From Chiloscyllium plagiosum (lineage: Eukaryota): 49,799 nucleotides of DNA. The stretch covers positions 504,369 through 554,167 of the forward strand of contig NC_057754.1 of assembly GCF_004010195.1 (NCBI RefSeq), read 5' to 3'. The position numbers and the translations under genes were made by a program. Of this stretch, positions 1-12,214 are shown piece by piece. The notes under the pieces were generated by a model, which worked only from the letters and a program-made list of their open reading frames with translations, ran no database searches and was not told the origin of the DNA. How positions within the stretch are numbered: position 1 is the stretch's first letter; each line of letters starts with the position of its first letter.

Positions 1-11
1 TCACTGCCTTT

Positions 12-140
12 ATTCCTGATGAAGGGCTTTTGCCTGAAACGTCGATTTTACTGTTCCTCGGATGCTGCCTGAACTGCTGTGCTCTTCCAGCACCACTAAT
101 CCAGAATCTGCTTTCCAGCATCTGCAGTCATTGTTTTTAC
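12..140 (+). mobile_element. Penelope-derived short element (pLTR/3' end) with minimal hammerhead motif
   Basis: CTGATGA(16-22)-agggc tttt gcct-GAAAC-GTC; body shared with copies at 1304, 10667, 27732 and 47382. Confidence 0.7.
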
Positions 141-169
141 CTAGCATTTATGTGTCTCTTCCTAATTGC

Positions 170-428
170 CTAGAGGGCAGTTAATAGTCAACCACATTGG
201 AGTCACACGTAGACCAGACCAGGTAAGGATGGCAGTTTCCTTCTCTAAAGGACATCAGTGAAGTAGATGTTTTTTTTCCTGACAATCAACAATCATCATT
301 AGAGTCTTAATTTTTTAAAAAATAATGAATTCAAATCCCACCACCTGCCACGGCAGGATTCAAACCTGGATCCGCAGAACATTACCTGGATCTCTGAGTT
401 AACAGTCCAGTGATAATGCCACAGGCCA
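170..428 (-). mobile_element. tRNA-headed SINE (second family; related copies ~14595-14880 minus, ~44145-44275 plus)
   Basis: B-box-like GGTTTGAATCC on the minus strand; body similar to the other copies in the window. Confidence 0.6.
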
Positions 429-1303
429 TCATCTCCCTGATACTGCTGGGCTATCTTGGAATTCACTGATATCCCTAATACCTGCACCATCTTTAAAAGG
501 TGCCTGGACAAGCCTGTCAGTCCAGGGCTGTGCTGCATGGTTCCTGATACTTGCCCCAGATGTGGTAGGCAAGGGAAATTTGGTGCATTGCTTTGCAGGC
601 AGGGACGTGGAGGTTCTACTGGACAGGTGCTGCATAGGCTGTGCATCCTTTTACCCCAGAACCTGCAGAGGAGACCATGACTCCTCAGAGATTGCCATAA
701 GAGTCAGTACAGTCTTTTTTGTATGGAGGAACCTGACAGCAATAACTCTGAATGCCCTCTGCATTGTCACTCATTTACTCATGAGACCTCCACACCTGCA
801 CCAAAGTAGCAACGATGTCATCCACTTTCATCTCCCTTAATACCAGTCTCTCATTCCAAGAGGAAAACAGCCTGCAAGAGGACAAAAGGAATCAAGATGG
901 GTCATAGCCTGCTCATTATTCAGCTCCTCATCTCTTATGTGGAAACCATCCTGACTCTGACTACCCCAAGCAGCAAACATACCATGTCAAGCCTTTGAAT
1001 TGGTGGCAGAGGCTGCCCTTGACCTATTGTAATGGGAGCATCTAAATAAAGGCGATCTTCCTTGGCTTGACTGAAGATGGCTGCCAACCATAGCAAGCCT
1101 CCATATCAGTGTCTTGTGTTAAACAGCAAGGCAATACAGCCTGGTATCTCTGGTTGAGGGGTGAGGCACAAAAAGGGAAGGAATGGTAATGTACGGCAGT
1201 GATTCTGTGAGCATCTATGTAGTGGATGTAGGTTTGCTTGCTGAGCTGGAAGGTTCATTTTCAGACGTTTCGTCACCGTACTAGGTAAAATCTTCAGTGA
1301 GGC

Positions 1304-1433
1304 AAAAGTAAGGACTGCAGATGCAGGAAGCCAGAGTCTGGATTAGATTGGTGCTGGAAAAGCACAGCAGGTCAGGCAGCATTTGAAGAGCAGGAAAATC
1401 GACGTTTCAGGCAAAAGCCCTTCATCAGGAATG
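1304..1433 (-). mobile_element. Penelope-derived short element with hammerhead motif, nested in another Penelope pLTR
   Basis: Close to the reverse complement of the 12-140 element. Confidence 0.7.
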
Positions 1434-1448
1434 GAGGCCAGCAATAGT

Positions 1449-1520
1449 GCACTTGTGGCGCAATTGTGGCGCGTCTAACTCCAGATCAGAAGGTTGCGTG
1501 TTCTAATCACACCAGGCTCA
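1449..1520 (+). pseudogene. tRNA-Trp(CCA) pseudogene
   Basis: 72 nt colinear with vertebrate tRNA-Trp (GTGGCGCAA..GCGCGTCT.ACTCCAGATCAGAAGGTTGCGTGTTC.AATCAC); mismatches in the acceptor, anticodon and T stems. Confidence 0.85.
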
Positions 1521-2359
1521 TTGATGCCTCTGGATAAAGCACCGCTGATGATTCCTGCTATTTATATGTTTGGGTTTCTTTGGGTCGGTGATGTCATTTC
1601 CTGTTCTTTTTCTCAGGGGGGTGGTAAATAGGGTTCAAGTCAATGTGTTTGTTGATAGAGTTCCGGTTGGAATGCCATGTTTCTCGGAATTCTCGTGTAA
1701 GTCTCTGTGTGGCTTGTCCGAGGATAGATGTGTTGTCCCAGTCAAAATGGTGTCCTTCCTTATCTGTATGTAAAGATACTAGTGAGAGAGGGTCATTTTG
1801 TGGCTAGTTGATGTTCATGTATCCTGGTGGCTAGTTTTCTACCTGTTTGTCCAATGTAGTGTTTGTTACAGTTCTTGCACGGTGTTTTGTAAATGACATT
1901 AGTTTTGCTTGTTGTCTGTATAGGTTCTTTCAAGTTCATTAGCTGCTGTTTTAGTGTGTTGGCATGGAGTGCTTGGAGCGTAGGCTTGGAGTGAGTGTGT
2001 GTTAAGGGAGCAAGCTGGAGATGCAGCCTGATCCTGACCATGTGCTGGGTGCGTGTCCCTGAGCACACAGTATTCTTGCTGCAGCATTACAATAATTACT
2101 GCTTGTTCAGCCCAAGGTGCAGCATTAAAGTGCAAAAGTATACTGTAAGTGGATCAGAGGTGAGCCATGAGCATTCTTAGAAACTGGCACAAATTGGATG
2201 CCAATGTCAAAGGATGTAGGGTTCATGTGGCTTGTGCCCATGGAGCATGCCCTGAACTGTTAGTGGCCAGTGTCCAGCTTTGATGTCTTTGGAGCAAGCG
2301 GCAAGCTTTGACATCCATGTTGAGAATTCTTGACATCTAGCTTGTTATCATTTGGTAAG

Positions 2360-3790
2360 ACAGGAAGTTGCTAACATTGTCCTTTATTTAAAAGGGGAGA
2401 ATAGGGTAAACCAGGAAACTACAGGCCATTCATCTAACCTTGGTGCCTGGAAAGTTATTAGAAAGAATTCTAATCAACAGAATATATGTGCACTTGGAGA
2501 GACACAAATTCTTCAGGGATAGTCAGCATGGATTTGTTAAAGGAAGATTGTGTTTGACAAATTTGATGGAATATTCTGAAGAGTTAACCAGGTACATTGA
2601 TAAGGAAAATGCATTTGATGGGGTCTACGTATATTTTAACACAACTTTTGATAAGGTGCCTCATGACAAGCTAGTCAAAAAAGTAAGATCCCACGGAATC
2701 CAAGGCAAAGTTAGTTCCAAAATTGGTTGAGAGGCAGTGTATGGAAGTGTGTTTCCAGTGTGGTTCTGCAGGAAAAGAATAGTCATAAACTGCAGGAGGA
2801 TTATAATGGACTGGTCAAGTGGGCAGTGACAAATGGAAGTCAACTCAGTAAAGTGCCAGGTAATGTATTTGGGAAGAGCTAATAAGACAAAGAATTACAA
2901 TTTGAATGGTAGGAATTTGGGAAGTATTGAAGATTAGAGGAACATTGGTGGGCACATCCACAGATCCTGAAGATAGATAGGTAGATTAGGAGGACAGGTG
3001 GATAGAATAGTCGAGGAAGTATATGGGATAATTGCTTTTATGATCCAAAGCAGAGAATACAAGAGCAAGAAGGTTATATGAGAACTGTATAAAACACTGG
3101 TTAGGCCACAGCTGGAGTATTGCATGCGGTCTGGTCTCCACATTTTAAAAAAGCATGTAATTGCACTAGAACGGCTGCAGTCGTAATGAAGTGAGTTGTG
3201 CCATTAGTATGGCATTTAATAAGCTATAAACCCCCTTAATGGGTAATTCGTTGCTGCCAAGTGAGAAATAGTACTGGTCACCCTGTTATAGGAAGGATAT
3301 TATTAAGCTGGAGAAGTTTCAGAAGAAACTTACAAGGATGTTACCTAGAATGGAAGGTTTGAGTTATAAGGAAAGGCTGAATAGACTAGGATGCTGCCTT
3401 GACAGAAGGATCTGCACTCTGAGGAAAGGTTGGGGTTGTTTCTTTGAACAGTGAAGCTTTAGCAGGGACCTGACAGAGTTGAATAAGATCAAGTAGGGCA
3501 AAGATAGAATGGCACTTTTTCCGCTGGTAGAGCAGTCAATAAACAGGGGACATAGATTGAAAGTAGGGGGTTGAGGTGAAGAGGAGAGACTTCTTTTTAC
3601 TCAGAGAGTGGTGGAAGTCTGGAACCCACTGCCCGAGACAATGAATGATTCAGAAGCTCTTGTAACATTTAAGCAGTATTCACATTTTCATTTGGGTTGT
3701 CAAAGTCTACAGTGCTATGGTGCAAAAACTAGAAAAATAGAATTAGTGTAGTCAGATCTTTGTTGACTACTGTGGACACATTGGGCCATT
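2360..3790 (+). mobile_element. Old CR1 LINE fragment (RT to 3' end)
   Basis: GKLLERIL..SQHGFVKGRLCLTNL..FDKVPH; many stops and frameshifts. Confidence 0.85.
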
Positions 3791-4012
3791 AATGGATCAG
3801 TAGTAATGAAGTGAGTTGTGCCATTAGTATGGCATTTAATAAGCTATAAACCCCCTTAACGGGTAATTCGTTGCTGCCAAGTGAGAAATAGTACTGGTCA
3901 CCCTGTTATAGGAAGAATATTATTAAGCTGGAGAAGTTTCAGAAGAAACTTACAAGGATGTTACCTAGAATGGAAGGTTTGAGTTATAAGGAAAGGCTGA
4001 ATAGACTAGGAT
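3183..4012 (+). repeat. 210-bp direct duplication (3183-3392 and 3803-4012)
   Basis: Two copies 620 bp apart, 2 mismatches by eye. Confidence 0.92.
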
Positions 4013-4532
4013 TTTTTCACTGGAGCATAGGAGGTCAGAGTTGATCTTATAGAGGTTTAGACCATAAGAGCATGACATAAGAGTGGAGGTAAGGCCATTC
4101 GGCCCATTAAGTCTACTCCGCCATTCAATCATGGCAGATGGGCATTTCAACGCCACTTACCCATGCTCTCCCCGTATCCCTTAAAAAAATCTGATAAGGT
4201 GAATGGCAGATGTCTTTCTCCTAGGGTGAGGTGTTTCAAGACTAAGAGGCCTAATTTTAAGGTGAGAGGAGAGAGTTTTAGAAAATAAATAGGGGACAAA
4301 TATTTTACACAGAGGGTGGTTCACATGTGGAATGAACCTCCTGAGAAAGTGGTGGATATGGGTGCAATTACAGCATTTAAAAGACATTTGGATAAGTACA
4401 TGAATAGGAAAGGTTTGGAGGGAAAGGGGCCAGGAGCAGGCCTTTGGGACTAGTTTAGTTTGAGATTATGTTCAGCATGGACTGGTTGGACTGAATGATG
4501 TATTTCCGTGCTGTATGACTCTATGATTCTAA
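3890..4532 (+). mobile_element. CR1 LINE 3' fragment with a nested minus-strand CR1 tail (~4062-4182)
   Basis: CR1 C-terminal motif (FTQRVV..WN.LP) and ctatga-type tail. Confidence 0.8.
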
Positions 4533-4974
4533 CTCATCCTGCCACTCGTTAGATGCACAAAAGTTTCAATGGGTTGCTCCTGGCATCAAGATAGGTCCCC
4601 ATCTGGTGCAATGGTAGTATTCCTACACCTGGACCAGGAGGCCTGGGTTCAAATCCCACCTGCTCCAGAGGTGTGTAATGATATCTCTGAACAGATTGAT
4701 TAGAAAAATAGATTAAATGAAAGAAAGGTAGGTCCGCCAGATTTGCATAATGCTTCCACAAATCCTGCTTTAGCACATGGCATTGAGAGCTCCTATAATA
4801 TTCCACCCAATGACTGCCTCCACCACGCTCTAAGAAAGAGAGTTCCACAGACCCAAGAACCTCAGAGAAACATGATCTCAATCACCATCTTAAATGGGAG
4901 AGCCCTGATTTTTAGTTCCATTCTGTCCTACAAGGGGAAACATCCTTTCAAATCGACTCTGTCAAGTCCACTCA

Positions 4975-6270
4975 AGACATAGAAACTAGGAGCAGGAGTA
5001 GGCCATTTGGCTCTTTGAATGTGCTCTGCCATTCAATATGCAGCTGATCCTCTATCTGAGCACCATACTTCTGCATTCTCTCCATGTGCTTTGATGTCTT
5101 TAATATCTAAAACATTTTGAATATACTCAATCACCCCCTGTCCTCCACAGCCTTTTGTGGTATTGTGTAACACAGATTGACAGGCTCTGAGTGAAGAAAT
5201 GTTTCCTCATATCAGTCCAAAATTGTCTATTCCATGTCCTGAGACTGTGACCCTGGTTCAAGACACCTTAATGAAAAAACATCTTCTCTGCATCTAATTT
5301 TTCTCATGCTATTAGAATTCTACACATTTCAATGAGGTCTCCCCTCATTCTTCTAAACTCTAGTGAATACAGGTCCAGTCGAACTGATCCCTCCTGATAA
5401 CACAGTCCTCCCATTCCCTGGTATCAGCTTGGTGAACCTCTGCTGCATTCCCTCTATGGCAAGTATATCCTTTCTTAAGTAGTGAGACCAAAACTACATG
5501 CAATACTCCAGATGCAAGCTCTGTATAACTGAAATAACACATGTCTATTTCTGAACTCAAATCATCCTGAAGTGAAGGTCAACAAACAGCTTGTCGTCTT
5601 AATTACTTGCTGCACCTGCTGATCTAATTTCATTGACTAGTGAGTAAGGACACTCTGATCTCTTTGTACGTCCACACATCCCAATATATCACCATTTAAA
5701 TAATACTCAGTGTTCTGTTTTTCTCACCAAAGTGTATAATATCACACTTATCCATGTTATACTGCATCTGCCATGTGTGTCTAAATACTCAATTTGTCTC
5801 AATTGCCCTGAAGCCTCCTTGCATCCTCCTCACAACCTTAAAATCCTACCTAGTTTACGGTGTCAGCAAACTTGTAAATACTGTATTTGGTTCCCTCAAC
5901 TAAGTCATTTATATATATTATAAATAGCATGGGCCCAAGCACTAGTCATTGCCTGCTACCTGGCAGAAGACCCATTTATTCCCATTCTCTGTTTCCACTC
6001 TGTCAACCAATTTTCAATCCATGCCTGTGTAAAACCCCAATTGTTTGTTTTAATTTTGCCCACTAACTTCTTATATTTGACATTATCAAAAGCTTTCTTG
6101 AAATCTAAATATGCCACATCCACTAGTTCTTCCTTATCAATTCTACTTGTTGCATCTTCAGAAAAATTCCAGTAGATTAGTTAAGCAAGATTTCCCTTTC
6201 ATAAACTTGGCTTTGTCCAATCCTGTTAATGTGTCCAATTGTTCTGTTATCATTTCTCTTACAGTAAACT
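4975..6270 (-). mobile_element. CR1 LINE fragment
   Basis: Degenerate RT and 3' UTR similar to other CR1 copies in the window. Confidence 0.8.
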
Positions 6271-6706
6271 CTAGATTAGCAACAAACCAGTCAACTATAA
6301 ATACTGTGGACATGGGGGATTATAACTGAGGGTAGGGATTTCAGGTCATTATTGCCACTGAATTGCAACTTGACAATGTCAAATTAACATGATTGGTCTA
6401 GATTTGTCCTAAAGTGAAATTTTCAAAGGAAGCTGTACACAAATCTTTTATGGTTTGAATCCATCTAAGATATTGCTCCCAGAAAGAGATGAGTATATGG
6501 AATATACTGTTATGTAAAGAGGTTTAAGTTCTGTTGAGGCAACTGGAGGGAGATACATGAATGATTTATGCAATAGCAGGATATGGAGAACAGAGGGAAA
6601 ACTTAATATCAGATGGAGTGAGATATATGTATGGACTATAAATGCTCTACTAACCAGATGGGCTATTTTACCTAATTCTGTGGTGTAACTTGATCAGAAG
6701 TTTCTT

Positions 6707-6980
6707 GAATCCCTACAGTGTAGAAGCAAGCCATTCAATCCATCAAGTCTATTCTGAAGAGTGTCCCACCCAGACCCACCCTCCTACCATATAACCCTGC
6801 ATTTCCCATCTACCTACCCTGCACATCTTTGGACTGTGGGAGGAAACAGAAGCACCCAGAGGAAACCCACACAGACACGGAGAATGTGTGAACTCCACAT
6901 AGACAGTCACCCAAGGATAGAATTGAACCCAGGTCCCTAGCACTGTGAGGCAGCAATGCTAACCACTGAACCACCATACC
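6707..6980 (-). mobile_element. HE1-type (V-SINE) tRNA-derived SINE
   Basis: Reverse complement resembles the 26413 and 34548 copies (A/B boxes, gtggagtt..cacattctcc core). Confidence 0.85.
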
Positions 6981-7027
6981 ACTCCAGTTGATAGAAAGTG
7001 ACAACAGATAATCCAGAAGCAATCTCA

Positions 7028-7033
7028 TTTATT
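7028..7033 (-). promoter_or_regulatory. Polyadenylation signal of SPINK-like gene A
   Basis: AATAAA on the minus strand just downstream of the TAA stop. Confidence 0.65.
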
Positions 7034-7053
7034 CATTCTACATTTGCAAGGTT

Positions 7054-7132
7054 TTAGAAAGTAATGCTCCAATTTGGATTATCTGTTAAGCAGGATCGAT
7101 CTAGAAGTCCTGTGGTGTCTGTATCATTTAGC
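7054..7132 (-). CDS. SPINK-like gene A exon 4 ((W)LNDTDTTGLLDRSCLTDNPNWSITF*)
   Basis: Strong acceptor ttttccttctttttcag|; phase-compatible; places Cys VI 17 residues after Cys V; AATAAA about 20 nt after the stop. Confidence 0.8.
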
Positions 7133-7869
7133 CTGAAAAAGAAGGAAAATTGTTAAGTAATTGTTTTATTTTTGCCATCACACTTTGCCATAGAATCTTG
7201 TAACAAGCTCACTCCATGTTAAACAATAAATCATGAGTTCTTTCCACCAACTGCAATGGTATATCAACAAGTTAAATGGCAAAAAGAAATCCTGCAGTGT
7301 GCACCAGATTTCTCTGCCAGTCAGTCACATGAGCCAGGAGACAAGTTTGCCATATCATTCTTTCGGGGTTATATCTCCTCTGCTTAATCATCTTTTAAAA
7401 AAATAGCTACAGTAGATGGGAATAAAATAGGAGCTATAATGTAGGGAGAAAGTGCTGCTGGTCTTGATTTTTTCTGTGTTAAGCCCTGCTCTGGGTCCTC
7501 TTTCTCATCTAGAAATTGAGTAACGTTAGCATGGACAGGACAGAAAGCTGAGATTATTGTTTTCACTGTTACCTTGGCATATTTGGTGACACATTGCCTC
7601 TGACTCTGAAGTCTGTGAGTTTGAGCCTTACTGAAGGATTGCTACAGACCAGGAAGTTCTTCCAGAAACTTTTCAAGAAGTTGAAGGGAAGGTGACAGGA
7701 AGGGCAAATAATCAGGCAACTTGGTACTAAGGAAAAACTCCTACCTCCACCTCAGAAGTTATGTCCTGGTGAGGAAAACCTATGGTCAGCGTCCCTGACC
7801 TGTGACCAATTGAGACCCTTTAACATTGGAACAGGAGCGGGCTGTTTAGCTGCTTGAGTCTCATTTGGA

Positions 7870-9766
7870 GGGCAAGCCAGGAGCAGCACCTGGCACACCT
7901 AAAAATCTGGAGAAGCTACCAAACAGGACTACTTGCATGCCAAAAAGTATAAGCAGCAACTGATAGACAGAACTAAGCAACCCTACAACTAATGGATCAT
8001 ATCTAAGCTCTGTAGTCCTGTCAAATCCAGTCATGAATGGTGGTGGACACTTCCTACCCTCAATAATGAAAGAGCCAACACAACAATACAAAAGGTAAAT
8101 CTGAAGCATTCATAACAAACTTCAGACAGAAGTACCGAATGGATAATCCTCTCAGTCTCCTTAGGTAGTCCCCATGATCATGGATGACAGTGTTCAGCTA
8201 CTTCAATTTATTCCATGTGATCTCAGGAAATGTTTAGAGGCATTGGATACTGCAAAGGCTATGGGCCTAGACAACATTCAGACAATTGTACTGAAGACTT
8301 GTGCTGCAGAACTTGCTACTCCCCTTTTCAAGCTGGTCCAGTACAGTTGCAACACTGGCATTAACCCAACAATGTGGAAAATTGTCCAGGTATGCCGTGT
8401 ACACTAAAAGCAGGACAAATCCAACCTGGCCAATTACCATCCCATCAGTCTACTCTCAATCATCAGTAAAGTGTTGGAAGATGTCATCAACAGTGTGATC
8501 AAGTAGCACCTGCTCAGCAACAAGCTGCTCAGTGACACCCAGTTTGGGTTCCACCAGTTTGGATTCCACTCAGCTCCTGACTTCATTACAGCTTTGGATC
8601 AAACATGGAAAAAAGAGTTGAATTCAGAGGTGAAAGTGACAGCCCTTGTTAACAAGGTCACATTTGACAAAGTGTGGCATTAAAGAGCCCTAGCAAAACC
8701 GGAATCAATGGGCACTGGGGGCAAACTCTGCACTGGTTCGAGTCATACCCTGGCTCATAGGAAGATGATTATGGTTGTTAGAGGTCAGTGACCACAGCTT
8801 CAGGACATCTCTGCATGTGTTTCTCAGGAAAATGTGGAAGACCCAACTATCTTCAGCTGCTTTAACAATGAACTCCCTCCCATCACGGATCTTCGCCAAT
8901 GATTGCACAATGTTCAGCATTATTCACGGCTCCTCAGATACTGAAGCAGTCGATGTTCAAATGCAACAATGCTGGACAATATCCAGGCTTGGGCTGCAAA
9001 ATGGAAAGTAACATTTGCACCACACAAATGTCAGACAATGACAATCTCTAATAAGAGACAATATAACCACCACCACTTGACATTCTTTGGTGCTATCATT
9101 ACCGATCCCCCCACTATTAATATCCTGGAGGGGTTACCATTGACCAGAAACTCAAGCAGACTCGCAACATAAACACAGTGGCTACAAGAACAGATCAAAG
9201 CTAGGATTATTGCAGTGATAAACTCGTCTCCCGACTCCCCTCCAGTCTCTAAAAGCCAGGAGTGTAATGGAATCCTCCCAACTTGACAGGATGGGTGTAA
9301 CTCAAAAAGCTTGACAACATCCAGGACAAAGCAGCCCGCTTGATTGGCACCTCATCCACAAACATCCACTCTCTCTACCACCGAGGCCCAGTAGCAGCAG
9401 TGTGTATACTATCTTCAAGGTGGACTGCAGAAATTCACTAAAGATCCTTAGACAACCCCCTCTAAATCCATGACCACTTCCATCTAGAAGGACAAAATCA
9501 GCTTATACATGGGAACACCATCACCTGCAAGCTGCCCTCTAAGCCACTCACCATCCCAACTTGGAAATATATCACTATTCCTTCAGTGTCACTGGGTCAA
9601 AATCCTGGAATTCCCTCCCTAAGGGCATTGTTGATCAACCTACAGCACGTGGACTGCAGCAATTCAAGAAGGCAGCTCATCACCATCTTCTCAAGGGTAA
9701 TTAGGTACAGGCAATAAATGCTGGCCCAGCCAGCGACCCCACGTCTCATGCGTGAATAAAAAAAAG
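7870..9766 (+). mobile_element. Non-LTR LINE of the CR1/L2 group (second family), RT region to A-rich 3' end
   Basis: LDTAKAMGLDNI..VLKTCAAELATPL, FAND (FADD), WAAKWKVTFAPHKC; ends gaataaaaaaaa. Confidence 0.85.
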
Positions 9767-10666
9767 ATTCATTGAGATCTTGGTTGGACTGTGGCCTAAC
9801 TCCATATACCTGCCTTTCGCCATATCCTTTCATACCCTTGCTTAACAGAAAAACTATCTCAGATTAGAATAAACAACTGCCATTGTCATCATATAGAATA
9901 CAGGGAGAACTAGCTATTTGTATACAGAACTAGCTTGAAGGTAGAAGAGTAAGGGTGACGGTGGAGGGTTGCTCTTTAGACTGGAGGCCTATGACCTGTG
10001 ACGTTCCACAAGGATCAGTGCTGTGTCTACTGCTTTTCGTCATTTATATAAATGATTTGGATGTAAACATGGGAGGTATAGTTAGTAAGTTTGCAGATGA
10101 CACCAAAATTGGAGATGTAGTGGACAGCAAAGAAGGCTACCTCACAGTACAACGGGATTTTAATCAGATGGGCCAATGGGCTGAGGAGTGGCAGATGGAG
10201 TTTTGGAGAGGCAAATCAGGACAGGACTTATACTTAATGGTAAGGTCCTGGAGAGTGTTGCTGAACAAAGAGACCTTGGAGTGCAGGTTCATAGTTCCTT
10301 GGAAGTGGAGTCACAGAGAGATAGGATAGTGAAGAAGGCATTTGGTATGCTTTCTTTTATTGGTCAGAGTATTGAGTATAGGAGTTGAGGGGTCATGTTG
10401 CGGCTGTACAGGACATTGGTTAGGCTACTTTTGGAATATTGTGTGCAATTCTGTTCTCCCTCCTATCAGAAGGATGTTGTGAAACCTGAAAGGTTTCCAA
10501 AAAGATTCACAAAGATGTTGCCAGTTAGGAGGGTTTGAGCTATAAGGAGAGACTGAATAGGCTGGGCCTGTTTTCCTGGAGCGTTGGAGGCTGAAGGGTG
10601 ATCTTATAAATGTTTATAAAGTCATAAGGGGCATGGATAGGGTAAATAGACAAGGTCTTTTCCTTG

Positions 10667-11116
10667 AGGAGAAAGTGAGGTCTGCAGATGCTGGAGATCA
10701 GAGATGGAAATGTGTTGCTGGCAAAGCACAGCAGGTCAGGCAGCATCTAGGGAACAGGAGAATCGACGTTTCGGGCATTAGCCCTTCTTCAGGAATGAGG
10801 AAAGTTGGTCCAGCAGGCTAAGATAAAAGATAGGGAGGAGGGACTTGGGGGAGGGGCNNNNNNNNNNNNNNNNNNNNNNNNNNNNNNNNNNNNNNNNNNN
10901 NNNNNNNNNNNNNNNNNNNNNNNNNNNNNNNNNNNNNNNNNNNNNNNNNNNNNNNNNNNNNNNNNNNNNCATTTCCGATGCCCCTCCCCCAAGTCTCTCC
11001 TCCCTATCTTTTATCTTAGCCTGCTGGACCAACTTTCCTCATTCCTGAAGAAGGGCTAATGCCCGAAACGTCGATTCTCCTGTTCCCTAGATGCTGCCTG
11101 ACCTGCTGTGCTTTTC
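10667..11116. mobile_element. Penelope-like insertion with inverted pLTR arms around an assembly gap
   Basis: 16-bp TSD caaggtcttttccttg (10651-10666 / 11117-11132); arms are reverse complements, each with CTGAAGA..GAAAC-GTC. Confidence 0.85.
10858..10969. other. Assembly gap (112 N)
   Basis: Run of N. Confidence 1.
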
Positions 11117-12214
11117 CAAGGTCTTTTCCTTGGTTTGGGGAGTCTAGAACTGGAGGGCATAGGTTTAAGGTTTCAAGGGAAAGATTTAAGAGGGACCTTA
11201 GGGGCAACATTTTCACGCAAAGGGTGGTGCGTGTATGGAATGAGCTGCCAGAGGAAGTGGTGGAGACTAATACAATTACAATGTTTGAAAGGCTTCAGGA
11301 TGGGTATATGAATTGAAAGGATTTAGACGAATATGGGCTGAGTGCTGGCAAATGGGACGAGATTAATTTAGGATATCTGGTCAGCATGGATGAGTTGGAC
11401 CAAAGGGTTTGTTTTTGCGCTGTACATCTCTATGAGTCTAAGTGCTTCCAATCATCTTTCCTTCACCGTCTGGCCCTAATTCTCAGACTATGCCTCCTCG
11501 TTCTAGACTCTCTAACAAGTAGAAATAATTTACCTTTATCTATCCCGTCTTTCCTGTTATTATCTTGACGAATTCAGTCGCGTTACCCCTTACACTTCTA
11601 AGTGCTGTGATGTGGAGGTGCCAGTGTTGGACTTGGGGTGGACAAAGTCAGAAATCACAAGACACCAGGTTTCACTCCAACAGGTTTATTTGAAGCCGCA
11701 AGCTTTTGGAGCACTGCTCCTTCATCCGGTTAATTCACTCCCTATTGCACTAAAACCTGATATCGGGTGACTTCTGACTTTCTAACTTCAAGGGACTACA
11801 GGCCTAATTTGTATCATTTCTTCTCATAATTTAACCCCTGTAGTTTTACGAATATTACCTCGACTACAGGCCTAATTTGTATAATTTTTCCTCATAACTT
11901 AACCCCTGCTGTCTTGGTATTACTTGTAAAACTATGTTGTACTTCCTCCAAAACCAATATATCCTTTCTAAGGTGTGATAGAGAGTAGGAACAGCAATAG
12001 ACTATTTGGCTCTTCAAGCTTGCTCTGCTGTTCTATGAGGTCATGCCTAATCATTGTACTCAATTGCATGTACCCACTTTCACCCCATAATCTTTGAACC
12101 CTTTTGCCCTAGGAATTATATCTAACTCTTTCTTGAAAACAAAGTGGTTTGTTAATGATTATTTAAAGTCTTCTCCACAGCTCTGGTCAATTAACTTTGT
12201 TCCAGGTGGATGAG

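Larger units (their letters stand above)
1218..1960 (-). mobile_element. Penelope-like retroelement 3' fragment (GIY-YIG endonuclease plus pLTR with hammerhead motif at 1261-1300)
   Basis: KTNVIYKTPCKNCNKHYIGQTGRKLATRIHEH; minus strand tca-CTGAAGA-stemII-GAAAC-GTC-tga; interrupted at ~1302-1520. Confidence 0.85.
9890..11420 (+). mobile_element. CR1 (HER1-like) LINE 3' portion interrupted by a Penelope-derived insertion
   Basis: VPQGSVL..FVIYINDLD..SKFADDTKIG; C-terminal FTQRVVRVWNELP. Confidence 0.9.

Noticed and set aside
1449..1520. Functional tRNA-Trp gene
   Set aside because: Mismatches in the acceptor, anticodon and T stems, and it is embedded in a retroelement; called a pseudogene.
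7384..7510. Acceptor-like site followed by DEKEDPEQ..IIAPILFPSTVAIFLKDD* as a terminal exon of gene A
   Set aside because: Joining to exon 3 (TG|A) makes TGA and supplies no Cys VI; the open frame needs phase 1. The exon at 7132 fits Kazal spacing exactly.
11794..11908. 47-bp imperfect tandem duplication
   Set aside because: Old local duplication within a decayed CR1 fragment; no sign of function.
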